Counted from the first letter of the stretch, positions 1-14,450 are shown. The stretch: 64,000 bases of DNA from Lama glama (GCA_028534125.1 CM052817.1:64110001-64174000), one strand, 5' to 3'. Notes: generated by a model from the sequence alone, not told the origin. Program-made: numbers and translations.

Positions 1-284
1 TGGGTAGTCAAGGGTTGCACAGAACATTGTGTTTTAACTTTTTTTTTTTTTTTTACCAGAACCTATGATTAGTAATACATTTTACATTCAGTAAGCATAC
101 ATGTAATTTGAACTGAAGTTTCACTCAGTGTTTTACCTTACTATGCGTGAAATTCTTTTCTATTTTTTTTGTTGTTACAAATATTGTTAATTCTATTTCT
201 CTTTTTAAGAAATTGCTGGTCCTTGTTCCCCCGATTGACTTCAGAATTCTTAATGGATTGGAACCTGTAGTTTGAAAAACACTG
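1..284. mobile_element. Ancient hAT-Charlie non-autonomous element, MER119-like
   Basis: Ends in gtagtttgaaaaacactg, a Charlie-type terminus; internal aatacattttacat and ccttactatgcg resemble the recalled consensus. Confidence 0.55.
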
Positions 285-1376
285 AACTAAACAGTCAGCA
301 CTTACTATAAAGAAATAGATTTTTTTTTAGACTTTCTCAAATTATTCTATTAAAAATTTTTTTCCTACTCTCTATTGATCACAGCAGGTGCCAGTTACTT
401 AACAAGAAATCATTAGAGTTCTCTTACTGGTATGTCTGCCAAAGGATGTAGAGGATAGAGAGGAACAACACATAGAAACAAATTTAAGTGGAATGTTTTA
501 ATGAGCCTTATAACTCTCTATTTTTAAACACATGTCATTCCCCTTTATTGTTCAGAGTCAAATAGTAATTTTAAGTTTTATATCCTTGAGCTTTTCTTTA
601 TTTCCATCATCTTTCCAGGTGTTCCTGTTCTCTTTTATTTTAATAGGTCATACTTTTTATGTAAAGTGGCTTGGTTTCATGCCCAGGCTCTTTTGTTGTA
701 TTTTAACAAAGATAGTGAGGAAAGGGAAGAAGCAGGGGCCTCTTGAATTTCTTTATCACCATATAGATCTCTGAATACCATGGTCTTATTGCTGATTACT
801 GTATCCCATTTTCATTAGTGGTGGTTTTGAGTAGGTTGTGTGAGAAACATAGTAGTCCTATGTAGTTGCATATTCTCCTGTATCACTCCATATAAAATGA
901 TATAAGGTGAATTTTTTGTTCATTTAATTGTTGTTATTTTTAATTGCTATAGCATTATAGGAAATCATAGAATTTGTGTGTGTATATATATATATAAATA
1001 TATATAAATAAAATAATGTGCTGTTAGAGAATTCGGAAGTGAAGTAGAAAAAAGAGCATTCTTTTGATTTGAATAGATGGGGTTGGAAATAACATTGAAA
1101 AGTAAGTTTGTTATGCAAATGGTATATTCAGAAAGGATTCCTTTATAATCTGTTCTAGATAGACAAATGATTGTATTAAAAGTGTTTTGTGTAAATGAAA
1201 ACTGGATAAAAGCAGGTTATGGAACTGAAGTAATTTTATATAAATATATACATTTTTATATGTAATGAACTAACTTTCACTATGGATGGTGAAAATTCTT
1301 TAAAAATTTATTTTAGATGAAGTTAGTATTAGTGTTGAAGATTTTCACTGAAGATCTTTGTGTGTATCTCTTTCAG

Positions 1377-1499
1377 ATATGGAAACAAGTGAAAAAATCC
1401 AAGGAAGTGGAATACTTCAACTGTTCGCCAGTCTGTTGATTCCACAGTCTTCCTGCACAGCCAAAGTAGCTAACATCATAGCAGAAATAGCCAAAAATG
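1377..1499 (+). CDS. RAP1GDS1: RAP1GDS1 (SmgGDS) internal coding exon, human exon 3 equivalent, 123 nt
   Basis: Acceptor tctctttcag|AT, donor AATG|gtgagg. Encodes METSEKIQGSGILQLFASLLIPQSSCTAKVANIIAEIAKN, recognisable as SmgGDS N-terminal ARM region. Phase 1-1. Confidence 0.96.
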
Positions 1500-3844
1500 G
1501 TGAGGTTCTCCTCAAGAACTTTTCTGCTGGGAACATCTTCAGTTTTACACCCTACTTGTCAGTATGTTTTATTAATTTATGTTTTAATTTTATAGATTAG
1601 AAATTTTTTATTTCTATTTCTCTTTTCTTTGACTTTTTTCATGTAATTGTTTAAAATGACTATAGTTACAGTCATACATTTCGCATTTGCTATTCCATTC
1701 CTTCCGAGTAGAGTTGAAGAACAGCACTGCTAGTCCCTGCTGTACCTCTGTCATTAATTACTTTGATTATAGGATTCTTGAGCTGCCACTGAGTCATTCA
1801 TCTTCACTGTCACAGGAGAGCTTGTCTTTTTCAATGTATACGTTGGTTTGTGTTATACCCAGATAAACTCACTATTCTTTTTTTTTTTTTAGTTTGGCCT
1901 ATCCTTCTGATACTGGCACTTGACTGCAACAGTGCAGTTGGAATATACTGTTCTCTGAACTCACCTTCCTGGGGAATATTTATTTCTTAGGTTTCCATGT
2001 GAATATACTCTGGAAAAACAAGTGACAGCAAAGCTTAGATTATATAATATCTAATCCACCTGATTGTATGTGGCTACATCCAGTGAGAGGAGATTTCTTT
2101 GGGAGAATTATATTGTAGCAGAAATATTTGTACATGATTTTAGTTCATTTAGTTCGAGAGAAACACTGACTTCTTAAAGCAGTTTTTAAGCTTAAGGGAA
2201 GGCCAATACTATACCTCTATTTGTCAAAATTTGATATTATTTTTAGTCCTTTTATTTTAGTAAGTTGCATATATGTATTGTATTATTATATTATATTATA
2301 TTATATTATTACACTTTAAAGAGAAGATACTTTAAAATTCTGGCTTCAGTTTTACACAGTTTTATACATTATGTAATCACTGTGGCAGTTGGCATTGTAA
2401 GTACCAATTTCTGTTGTTTTTGGCCTAGTAAAACAACTTGTTCATACGTGTATTACCAAAAAGAAAATTGGCGTGAAATTTTTTCATTTGTTTAGAGATG
2501 TTCCAAATGTCTTTCACATTCCATTGAGGTTCTATATTGGTAAATCATCTTTTGGTGGTTAGTGAAAACTGACCATCTATTGTTTGTTTGTACATCTAAG
2601 CTATTGTAATTATAATCACTGTGCTGTTATTCAGATTCAAGCTGGTCATAAAAGTTCAGAGATTCCTAATGGTCTGGGAGTATTTAGTGTACTTGAAGTA
2701 GGTTTGACCTGCTCTGAATAGATAGAAATTCCCTTGGGACCACAAAGAACTGAAGCAGATCTAGTTTGAACAATGGAACCCCTCCAGGCATTGTTTGTTA
2801 ACCTAGACCAACCACTATTTAAATCTTCTTAAATGCAAAGCAGCTTGATTTTTTTTAAATCAAGTAGCTTACTTTCAACCTCATTAGAACCACAGTATGG
2901 ATTTCCAGAAATCGATTTTTGTCATAAAACCTTTTTTCTTAAGAATGAACACACACACACTACAACATAGATTCAGAAATTTTGAACAGATTCTTTTGAA
3001 GTAGATTGATAGTCCTGTATGATCTTACTTAGTATCAGTCCTTATAATACTTTGTCACAGTTTCATGATAATTCTGCTGTTTGAGATTGCTTCAAATAAC
3101 ATTCTAGTAGATGAGAGCTGTGTTCTAAAGACATAATTTGTAACTTTTATACATTTAATCAGAGGCTTGTTAAGGGCATATCACTAATCTCATTAAAATA
3201 AATGGGATACATTTAAATGGTTATTTATTGCTTAATCACCACATTGGTTTTTTTTTTTTTTATATGACTGGCTGAGAAAGTGGATTAGAGTCTCCTTTTT
3301 AAAATAAGTATCTTCAGAAATGTGACATGACCCAAGAGAGTTAATTAGGCTTATATTTCTTCTTGTTAGAAATTTAACAATGAAAAAAGATTACGTGAAC
3401 CAGAAAAAAAAAAAAAGAAATCAGAAATTGATGTGTTCGTTGTCACGCTGCTCTGCACCTTATATAACAGTAGAGGAGCGATATTAGCATATACTTGTTA
3501 GATTTGGATTAACTGTAAAACATAATTATGTTTAAATTTGCACATACAAAAAAAATCCTCTAAAAATGAACAGATCTGTGTGCTGATGCTCAAAATTCCA
3601 GAGAATTAGTAAGAAGTTTCATGAGCAAGATGAATGTGGGAGCATAGCTATGACCATAAATTGCAGTAAGTTGCAAGATTTTGATACCTTTAAATAAAGT
3701 AGTCCCCTATATAACAGATTTAAAACTGAGTTGAGGCAAAGGAAAAAATAAGACAGGAAGTATCTAGAAATGTTTTGTCCTTTTCAGATTGTACTCTCAA
3801 GGTATCTCGTAGTAGTAATAATAGTAATGATGAATTTCTGAGTA

Positions 3845-4010
3845 ATAGCTAACTGCTATTATGTGTCTCCAGCGTAGCAGGTGTTGTATACATTATTTCA
3901 GATTCTCATAACAACTTCATATAAGATAGGGTTATTTTATACACATGAGATAATTGATTGCATATCCTGCCTATCTTACACAGCTAGTTGGTGATAAGCT
4001 GGGATTAAAT
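3845..4010 (-). mobile_element. MIR SINE fragment, highly degenerate
   Basis: ttctcataacaac...ttttatacacatgagataattga...acacagctagttggtgataagctgggattaaa follows the reverse MIR core pattern. Confidence 0.5.
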
Positions 4011-4274
4011 CACTTGTGTGATAATAGTTGGAATTTATACTTCATCTTGTTTTCTCTCCTTTCATTTCTCTTCAGTAAATGAGATTTTATGATAGCCTTG
4101 GAAAGTGTACCAATGGTCTGAGTGTATGGTTTGAAAGATTAGGCTGATAACTGAAGTTGAAAACGTGTAAAAGCAAACAAAACTTTACATCTTATTCTTC
4201 TAGTCTTCCTCCTAATTGTTGTTGTTGTAGTTATTACTGTTATCTTATTCTTATTTTTCTGTTACTCCAAAATA

Positions 4275-4446
4275 CTGATTTCCTGTCTTGGACCAGCAGT
4301 ATCAGAATCACTAGGAACTTGTTCGATGCAAATTCTTGGACCCTCTCACCCATATGTACTGGAATGGAACTCTGGGAGCTGGGTTCAGCCATCTAGTTTA
4401 ACAAGTCCTCCAGGTGATTCGAATGCCTATAAAGCTTGAGAACCAA
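4275..4446. mobile_element. MER5A (hAT-Charlie MITE)
   Basis: ggaccagcagtatcagaatcactaggaacttgtt...atgcaaattctt...tttaacaagtcctccaggtgattc...ttgagaacca matches the typical MER5A sequence. Confidence 0.8.
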
Positions 4447-7400
4447 ACTCAGTCTAACGTAATATGGAATTAGTGGGCTGGATCAATATCGTGCTTTTCC
4501 CTCCCTATCTGTACTTAATCATATTGCGAAAGTGTTTATCCGACTTTTCCACTTGAATGCTCTTAACAACAAAAGAAAGTGTATACACAGGATGGACTAG
4601 TGAGGGCACCACCAAAAACATGAAGTCTCCTGTTTTGTTGTATAAATTTATTTATTTTAACTTTACCCTCTGCTCCATAGCAAGTATATGTTTATTTTAG
4701 TATAAAACATATGTATACCTAGAAAAATCACTGAGTAAAATTGATAGTCAAAAAAATGCACCGTGTTGTCAGGTAGCTTAAATATACATTGCCACTTCAG
4801 TGTTGGAAATTAACCTCATTTTGTAAGAATCTATTACAGTTATCAGTATTATCTTTTTTCAAAGGCAATACAAAGTATGAATGAAAAATGTGAAGTCAAC
4901 AACCCACATATAAAAGTCACTCATTCTTTTATATTCATGCCTCATAGTTTTTTCTTGTTCTTCTAAAGAAAAATGTAAAAAGCTAAGAATTAATTATAGA
5001 AAAGTATTAGAGAAAATTTGAAATTCAATGTATATTACTGTTTAGCCTAACAAACATTAAGGTAGAATCTAGCACTGTGTTTTTATTTGGCTTACAGAGT
5101 TTAAAAAGTTTTAATAAAAGACTTAGTTCCTTCAGGTAGTTAAAAATGGGAAAGTACATAAAATCAGTTTTTAAATATTTGAGAAGTAGATATATAAAAA
5201 GATTTTATGAATCTCAGTCTATATAAAAAGAAAACACTTTTTGTGGTTTTCATCATAGCTTACACTTTATGAAAATGCTAAATGAATGTATACTTCAAGT
5301 AAGTTTAGGAAAGTAAAAGTAAAAAATAAAAGAATTACTACAAGATTTAGAAAGAATAGAAATATCAAATAAGAAGCATTTATTTATTGCTACAATCAAA
5401 TGAAAAAACTTACTCTTAGATATAAGTCAATTTTATATTAATAAGTCTGGGTTGCTATTGAGGTATTGAATTTTTTCATTGAAGTCCACACATTATCCAG
5501 AAAACAGATAGATTTTATCTCGTGCAGACATGCATATACACATACAGCTACTTTATGTTTCTGCCTTCTATTACCTAATGGCTTCCACTGACTTTGGTTT
5601 CTGTTCACTTTCATTCTGTATGTATCTTTGTTTTAACCCCTCTCTGACTGTCCTTCCCTCCACCGCCCAAGAACTTTTCAGTCGTCTGTCTGAATTTAAA
5701 ATTGCTGAGTGAGAACCTGATTGGTTTTTTTTTTTTAGTTCATTATCATGTTTAGCCTGATCTTTCAAACTAGACCATCTGATAGACTGTTGGCCAGCCT
5801 ATATATAGGCTGGACTTGAGTCAGAGTCTAGCCGGCTGTAATCGGGTAATAGATTCATGTGGTGTGAACTAGAGGTATGTGTACTGGAAACCCCTTTGAA
5901 CAAGGATGACTGTTACAGTCGTTCTCCAGTATTGTATTATATATTACTTTAAACATATCGTGATAAATTTTGGGTATATTTTTACATACATTCCTCTAAA
6001 GTGTGTAACTCCATGTCTTTAAAACTAGCTAAGGAGGATTGTACTCCTCAGTTAAAAAGCAAATTGGCTGAAAAGCAAAAGGTTTTAGAAGGGGTTTACT
6101 TTCCCCAGGGACTGGCAGTGTTGCTTTTACATTGACTGAAAGCTGAGAATATGCTAGTTTTGTCTTACTTTTGTATTTTAAAAAAAACCACGACATAATT
6201 GGCATATGACATTGTGCATGTTTAAGAAGTTCTTTATATGCTTTTGAATAAAAAAAATTTCAAAACATTTTTATTTGATTCTACAGTTTTCCTATAATTA
6301 CTTACCCTTTATCATTTCAAGAATACATTGTAGCATCAAAAGCTTGAAAGATAAATTGGTGTCATATAGACAGTTAGAACATAAAAAGCGAAGAAAAATA
6401 GTAATTCATTAATGTCGCCATTGCCTGAAGAACAGCAAGAAGAAAACGAACATACAGAGCAATTAAGATGTAATAGCAGATTCCATTTTTGGAAGAAGAG
6501 TGCAACAGACTATTCCTAAATTTCTTACTTTAGTAGCCATTGAAATGATCCCACTGTTGGAAACTAAGTTTAGGGACAGGTGGAAAAAGTAATGAATATG
6601 TCTTTGATTTCATTAATTTAAGTTGGTGACAGTTAATTTAAGATTTGAAATCTATAAAGATTCTCAAGTAACCATTCATTTAAGAGGTAGACAAGTAGAT
6701 TAATGTGTCATCTCCTGTGGATGGTCATTGAACTTATGGAAGTATGTAACATAATTTGTTTTCCTAATAGGTAATGGGATACCTCATGCTACTGAGTTAA
6801 AAAATGAATAAATAAATAAACTTAAAGGTTAGCTTTAAAAGTAGGAAGTACTCTTAGTCTTAGAAGTTTGAATTATAGAGAGTTTTCAATAATATAGTGG
6901 TAAGTAAGAGAGATGATAGGAATGCAGTCTTTTATTTAGGTAGAGAGGAATACCTCTATGACTTATAAGCTATATTGGGGAAAAGAAGTTGTTTCAGAGG
7001 TTAACAGCTCACATAACAACCCTGTATGATATGCTCTAAAAATTTGAAAGTGAAGAAGAGAGAGGGAGGATTGCTTATGAGGCCACTTGTGAAACAGAAT
7101 GAGGAGTGGAACCCTCCCCCATTAAAAGTGAGAATGAAAAGATAGTGATTTTTAAGTAAGATGGCTTATAGGCTGAGAAATTAGATCTTTGTTAATAAGT
7201 GACCAGAACATCCTTACAGTAAGTCATGAACTTCAAAATGATAATTCTAATATTGGCTATTGAAGAATTTTCATCAATTAGATATCTTTGTTATCCTTAG
7301 ATTTTGTAGTAGTCTCTTATGCGACACTGTAAAAAAGTTTGTCTAAGCATGACTGTGATGGTATCATTGGGAATCAATAAAGTGAGAGTGGTTTACTATA

Positions 7401-8052
7401 AAGCTAAGGAGAAAAAATGGGTTTGAAGTATAAGAAAGCATAGCATTTAATTTGGTGCTTTAGACCCCTGAATGCGTGGTTGCAGCAGCTGATGTGAGTG
7501 ATGCATAACATGAATTTTAATAAAGAGTAGGAATGAAGATAAGGAATAGATGGTTCCACTAGTCTTACCAGTTGAAAAGGACATATTCTTAATCATTAAC
7601 TCGAACCATTGAAAACGTTTTGTATTTTTGGCTCTTTAGAGAACAGATAGTGAAAAATGACACAGATTGATGGCCTCATATATAACTGCAGTACTTGAAT
7701 GATCAGGCTCGTGGAGAGAACGTTGCTGGTGTTTCTGTCATCAACTGTTGCTTTCCAGGCACATCCAGTTTTAAGAAGATAGTGATAAATTAGGTATAAT
7801 GAAAGTTAATGAAAACGTCTTTTGGTTTATGGAGATTTGGTCAGCAAAGAAAAAAGTATGACCCCCACTTATTTTTGTGTACTTATTTTATGAAGTATTT
7901 AGTAGGGTTGTAATGGTTCTTTTGAACATAAATATACACCTCAGATAGTAACCATCTTAAACATTTAATACTAAGTTTATTTTATTTAAGGGAGGTTATT
8001 TGTGTAATTGCAAATCTGTAGATTTTTAATTCAATATGTCTCTTATTTTCAG

Positions 8053-8178
8053 AATTTATGCGAATTCCATGTGTGGATGCTGGATTGATTTCACCACTGG
8101 TGCAGCTGCTAAATAGCAAAGACCAGGAAGTGCTGCTTCAAACGGGCAGGGCTCTAGGAAACATATGTTACGATAGCC
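8053..8178 (+). CDS. RAP1GDS1: RAP1GDS1 exon 4 equivalent, 126 nt
   Basis: Acceptor ttattttcag|AA, donor AGCC|gtaagt. Encodes (E)FMRIPCVDAGLISPLVQLLNSKDQEVLLQTGRALGNICYDS, in frame with the previous exon. Not in the ORF track. Confidence 0.97.
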
Positions 8179-11100
8179 GTAAGTGTTGAAATGTCAATGA
8201 TACACTTATAAACTTTTGTTTAAGAATTATGATTTTCATAATAATTCCACTTTTAGTGCTAGCACTGTCTTTTCTAGGCTAAGACACTAACATGGGCCAA
8301 TTATGACTTAGCTCTGCTTATGCAGTAGAACTGAGGGAAATTTAGCCCATAGTGTTCTTAACTATGACTTAATTGGAAAGGCATTCCTTTTCCCTTCTAT
8401 CACAGATGATACTTTCAGAGGGAAGTAAGTCAATTTCTAAGGATTGGGACTTTTAATTTTAGGGAAAAATGTATCTTCAGTTAGGTTTTATCGAAGTACC
8501 ATCTCTAACTGATAATGCTTAATAACACATTTTTTTAGTTTCTAAGTCTGTCCAGATACACTTTTAATTACTTGCAATTTAGTAAAACCATTCATAAAAA
8601 CCATTATGTTCTCAAGAGCTGGACTGGCCTATTGCATCTTGCATTGACTCCATTCCTATTTATCATAATGCCATTGTCATCCTCACCACTTTCTATAATG
8701 CACTGTTTCTAGTAGGCAAAGGGAAAGCAAGAACTTGGGAATGGGTATAGACAGTGCAAAAATTTTACATTTTCTACTTTTGCTTCCCACATATATGTAA
8801 AGAAGATACGGAAAAATCTTGAGTATATTCAACTTATTAGGCATATCCTGATTTTCCTTACTTTTCTATTTTCTGAGCTAAAACACCTTTTTAATATTCA
8901 CCTTTAAAATCTCCTAGGAATTTAGTTCTGTTTATATAAGTAGGATAACTTTTGTTTAATTTCCCCATTGAGGTTATATATAAAAGGCATAGATAGCTCT
9001 TTTATAACATGCAGTGCTTCAAAAAGTGATTTGTGCATTTAAGCCAGGTAGAAAATAAGGTTATAAACACATTTATGATAAAAGAAAGAAGTAGAAGAAA
9101 AGAAGATTAAAACTACAGCTTTTAATTATAACTTGTCTGTACCAATAGGGGTAAGGCTAGCCTCATTTCTCCTTTCCCTACTTTTTCTGGAATATTTTAT
9201 ATTATGTCTGAGGGCATGAATGATTTTTAATATGAATTTTAATTGGAGAATTTCTGTCCCCAGTGCTGCTTAGAAATTTTCCAATCTGTGCCTTCATTCT
9301 AGTTCTTATCATCGTGGGTATTAGCTTTGTTTATAAAATACTAGTGCTTTATGTTTATAATTTTGTGTTTTCATATTTAGAATTTTTATTAAATACTATG
9401 CTTTTTATTAAATACTATAGTTATAATGTTAGCTTTCAAGAATGAATGTATATTTTATATAATTAATTTTAACAATGTATATTAAAAAGATCTGTGCAGA
9501 ATGATAGTCAAAGATTGATGGCATGTATTTGGAGAGCATTAATCATTATTACTTTTATTTTTATCCTTCTGTGTTTATTACTAGAATTTAAGACTATAAG
9601 AAGTATTCTTTAATCTTTATTCAGTTTAGATATTCTTGAATTATGCATTGTTTGAACAGAGGAATTACTATTTTGAGTACTTTTGTCCTAGAGTTTCACT
9701 TTATGTTGGCACAATGAAGAAATACCCATAGTGATCTATTATCTCATCATGCTCTGATTTTCATGGACACAGAATAATTTTATTTCCTGTGTACTCTAAA
9801 GAACTTTGAAGTTAGGGTGATAAATGTCTAGTTAATAAGATTATCGTTTTGATGAAAATGAAGTCCATTATAGTGTTTATCATATCCATTTATTCTGTTC
9901 TTATAAGCTATACAGGATAAAGTCTGTGGATATGCTTTAGGCTATGAGATTAATTTTTTGTTGTTTCATTTATTTTTGAATATTTATAACCACTTCATTC
10001 TCATTTATTCAGTGGAAATTATAGTTAAGTGGAGAACTAAGCATAGTGAATACAGACTATTTTTTATACTTTTAACCTTTTAGGAAAATAAAATTAGTAA
10101 TCTTAAAAGTGAGTAAATATAAGAGGTGATTTATTACTGTAAATCATGTGGTGAAATGTGTTCATTGTGCCATGGTGTCTAATGCATATAATTTCCATAA
10201 GACAATATGCTTCCTTATCCTTTTATTTGAAGTTAAATCTCTTGTGAACGTCTCAGTGATTTCTCCAGAATAATTGTAGGAAAAAGTACAGCACCTTTAT
10301 TTGAATGACGAGAATGATATCAAAATCTATAAATGTAATGCTATGTGGTTGATTTTCAAATTTACCTGAGACACTTTTCTCATTACATTTTCATCTCTCA
10401 AACTCTTGTTTTATAAATGTACTCCAAATGAATAATTTTTATTGTTGGTTTATTCAGAATGATGTTAGGCTTACAATAGATAGTAAAGCCAATGTATGCA
10501 TAAAGTACCATAAGGAATTAAGTATTAGAGATAAAAATTTAAGAAATTTGTGCATATTTTATAGATTTTAATTTTGACACTTAGAAAGTAAGGCATTTTC
10601 TAGCGTTTTTCACTTAACATGGTTTTTTTGAAAGGAGAGCTCCAACTGTGCAAAAAATTACACTTACCACAAAATTCATGGACATCTTTTGAAAAAAGTA
10701 GGTCAGATTTCAGTTTTACCAGCTTTAACAGTGCCCATTTTAGGAACTCTTCCTAATGGAAGGAAACTGTCTTATATAATCCTAACATCAGGTAATAGAC
10801 TGATGTAACTGCTAAATGGGACGGACGGAGTGAGGCTTTGTTGCTGATGAACTTTTTGAATTCCACTCTCTTGCATATAGAGATGAAAGATTCACCTAGT
10901 GGGGACATTTTTCATTTAAAATGCCTGGTCTGCTTTCTGTTCTTCCAGAGAGCCTCCGAGGTGCTTATAGATTTCACTTTACAAGTATCCAAACAGACTT
11001 CTTATAGAAGCAACATTTTAAAGCTCTTTTGCCCTTTAACATTGCCAAAATAACTTTTTATAAGAAGTTTGACATCTTTTAGATTAAAGAAGAGAGAAAA

Positions 11101-12780
11101 CTTATATTTCAATTTGAAAAGGAGTCAGCAGAGCTGTGATGGGATATGTTAGGGAAAGTGACTTTAAATAAAGAGAAATAGTATTAAATCTCAGAAATGC
11201 ATACTCTGGCCTGTTTGATTGCTCATTTCTCTCAAAGGTGATATGGGAAAAAAATGAGGGGTTTTTTTCCCCCGCTTATGTGGCCATTTTTATGGTAGTC
11301 TCTTCTAATGATTAGTTTGTTTATATAGCTGTGCACATTTAAAATTGCTCTTATATATGTATGTATATGGTTCTGTGGTATTGAAGACCTTCGTGTTAAA
11401 TTCCCACCCTGTACTTAATGCTTTTTTGTAAGGATAAATTGGTGACTGAAGACCGAGCTTTCTCTGTTTGCAGATGTTACTGCTTGAGGTCAGGAAATAG
11501 TTGATATTGGAAATGCTGGTTAAAAGTTATTTAGTGTAAGCTAAAATAAAATGATTACATGAGAGTAAATATTTGTGCATTTTTGCATTACCAGAGAAAG
11601 AAGAATATACGATTCAAATGAATACATATTAAAATTAAGTATGATTCTTTACAGAAATGAAATTAATGCTTATGATTATATAATTAATCCTATTATTAAA
11701 AAGATGCACACTTAGTCTTACATGATATGCCATCCTACATGGTGTAAGGAAAATTGAATTCTTGCTCATTGAGTAATAAATAAATATACAAAATGAGGTG
11801 GTAATCAGGCTTGCCAAAGCCATTGTTGATGAGATGAACTAAATGTAGTTTATTTCATTGACTTAAAGAAGGGTAAATGGAAAGGATGCCCAAATACATA
11901 CATGGATCTATTTGTATGTTAGTGATTCTAACTATGCTACACTATTTTTATGTAAGGGATGAAGAATGAATTTATTATTCTGACTGCAAATGCTGAAAAA
12001 TAATCAACAATAATTCTACAGTATTTCATAACATATGTTTGTTAGACAAGTGTGTATTAATAACACAAATATGCTTTGAAATTGCCTAAGTAATCAAAAT
12101 ATATTTGCAGCAGTTATATTCAACATGGAACTGTTTATCCCTGGCATTTAAAATAAGTGTTTATTTCAGTGATATAAATTAGGTTAAGTATCAGATTGCA
12201 TTATTAAAGGATTTGCTGGTCTATATACTATTTTTTTTTTTACTGTTTTTCAGTATTCAGTTTTAGAGTAGAATAGAATTATCAGCCAGTAAGTATAAAA
12301 CAAGATTCTTCAGCTTTCATCAAGTAAGCTCTTATATTTTATTAATGGATTTATTGTCAAAGTACATCATGTATATAAGTATAAACAACTATATGCTACT
12401 GCTATTTTTACAGACAGTAATTATGGCTTTTATCATATGAAAATACTCCATTGTAAAGGTGTCCTAAATATATAGTAGTTGGAAATAGATGTTGTTTTGT
12501 AACACTATCATAAGCTCTTTTAAAAAGTTCATGCCATTAAAGAGCTTTTAATATGGTGGAAAAAATTAAATGCACAAAAGAACACAATTTGTGGACAGTT
12601 ACACTACCTATGTGGTTTCTGATCAGAATGAAAATAAATGGATGATAGGAGTAGTAATTCAAACCACTTTTTAGAAATTAAGCAAATAGTGCCTATTTGC
12701 TTATAAAATAATTTATTTTTAAATTAATAAAATTATAAATAAATGAAATTTTAATATGCCCTCTAGAAGGCAAATATTGT

Positions 12781-12872
12781 GTTTAAACAAATTTTTTTTA
12801 ATGGAGATACTGGGAATTGATGCATACTAAGCATGCTAAGCATGTGCTCTATCACTTAGCTATTACCTTCTC
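12781..12872 (-). mobile_element. tRNA-derived short SINE (Vic-1-like), B-box region altered
   Basis: Reverse strand reads gaaggtaatagctaagtgatagagcacatgcttagcatgc...tcaattcccagtatctcc then an A tail. Flanked by caaatatt at 12771 and 12873 (probable TSD). Homologous to the copy at 63101. Confidence 0.75.
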
Positions 12873-12894
12873 CAAATATTATAGATGAATAAGA

Positions 12895-12990
12895 TTTCCA
12901 GTTCTACCATTTACAAAGTTGTCATTTAATCTTTCTCAGTTTTAGTTTCCTCATTGGTAAAGTGGACTGTTGTGTGGATTAAATAAGGTT
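12895..12990 (+). mobile_element. MIR fragment
   Basis: ccagttctaccattta...atttaatctttctcagttttagtttcctcattggtaaagtgg...gttgtgtggattaaataag. Confidence 0.6.
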
Positions 12991-13062
12991 TATATATAAA
13001 TTTACAGTATAAATTATGAACATCTATGCAAAGGAAATACATAGCATTTATGTCTGATCATT

Positions 13063-13400
13063 TTTCTTAGTCAATTTGGGCTGCTATAACCAAATACTAC
13101 AGACTGAGTGGCTTAAAAAAAAAACAATTTGTTTCTCACCATTCTGGAGGCTGGAAAATCCAACCAGGATCAAGTCACCAGTAGATTCAGTATCTGGTGA
13201 GGACACTCCTGGTTTGCCCACGGCCACCTTCTCATTGTATCTTCACATGGCAGAGAGAGAAGAGACAAAGGAAGCAGGCTGTCCTGTGTCTCCATGAGGG
13301 TTCTACCTGCATGATCTCATTATCTCCTGATATCGTCACATCAGGAGTTAGAATATCAACATATGAATTTATGGGGGAACACAAACATTCAGTCCATAAT
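13063..13400 (-). mobile_element. MLT1A-like solo LTR (ERVL-MaLR)
   Basis: tcttagtc..ttgggctgctataac..aaatac..cagactgagtggcttaaa through gggggaacacaaacattcagtccata, the hallmark MLT1A ends in reverse orientation. Confidence 0.8.
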
Positions 13401-14189
13401 ATTATTGTTTCTAAAAAGTGTGCTGTGACATAATGTAACACATATACTAATGTACACAAAATATTCAAAATAAAGATCTAAAGGCCAGAAGCCTTAAAAG
13501 GAGAGGAAAAGAGAAACCTAGTAAGAAGTGAGGGTAATATACTTACTGTAATGAGCTCTAATTTAATTTGAGCTGCTCAGTTGCCAAGGTGGGAAAAAAA
13601 AAACACTTGGTATGCTATCTAGTTTTTATTTAATGCTAAGGAGAAATTTTCTGATTCTTCAATCAAACAAAAAACTGTTGAGACAAATGCTGGAAGAGAT
13701 TTATCATCAGGTATCGTTAGCTCCCTAAGTAATTCTGCATACATTCTTAAAATATGCAAAAGATACTGACTGGCATTACAGACAGAGTCTTCAATAGTAG
13801 TTCTACTAAAATTGCTCAAATATTCTCCATATAATTGTTTCTTGTACCAAATCTTTAACAGAATCCAAGAAATAATACATGATACTTTAGCAAAGGGTGG
13901 TTCTATTTGGGTAGTATATCCCAAATGTGTAGGTTTTGGTAGTCAATCTTGATTGAAGCATACAACTTAGAAATTTCAAGAAATTTTGTCTTGAATATAT
14001 TTCCTAGTTTATTTTAAACCAAAATACAATTCTACTTCACATTCATTATACCTGCTCAATTTCTATGTTGTATAATGTATCCAAGTTCTGTCTTCTGAGA
14101 CTGAAAAATATACTTACCTTTGATTTTTAAGTCTCATTGATTTGATAAAATTCTGATGTATATGAAAATGAATATTTAAAAATACCATA

Positions 14190-14450
14190 TATTGGTGGTG
14201 GTTGCATGAATCTCTACATGTGATAAAATTGCTTAGAACCATAGATGCTCATACACATATGCATATAAAAACTGATGAAATCTGAAGAATATCTGTAGAT
14301 TGTCAGTTTCCTAGTTGGGATATTGTATCAGAGTTATGTAAATGTTACCATTGAAGCAAAATGGATGGGAGCGTACATGGGACCTGTCTACTATTTTTTC
14401 TTGCTACTTCCTGTGAGCCTCTAATGATTTCAAAATGAAAAGTTTAAAAA
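14190..14450 (+). mobile_element. Old L1 (L1MC-like) 3' end
   Basis: ggtggtggttgcatgaatct...aaaactgatgaaatctgaa...atgttaccattg...cttcctgtgagcct...atttcaaaatgaaaagtttaaaaa. Confidence 0.65.

Noticed and set aside
5794..5813. Perfect 20-bp palindrome ccagcctatatataggctgg, possible SRF CArG box
   Set aside because: It has 8 A/T bases between CC and GG rather than 6, and the core is a TA run. No other support.
7100..7830. Possible L3/CR1 remnant (ttccaggcacatccagttttaagaagatagtgataaatt)
   Set aside because: Only one short motif was recognisable, so boundaries cannot be supported without a profile search.
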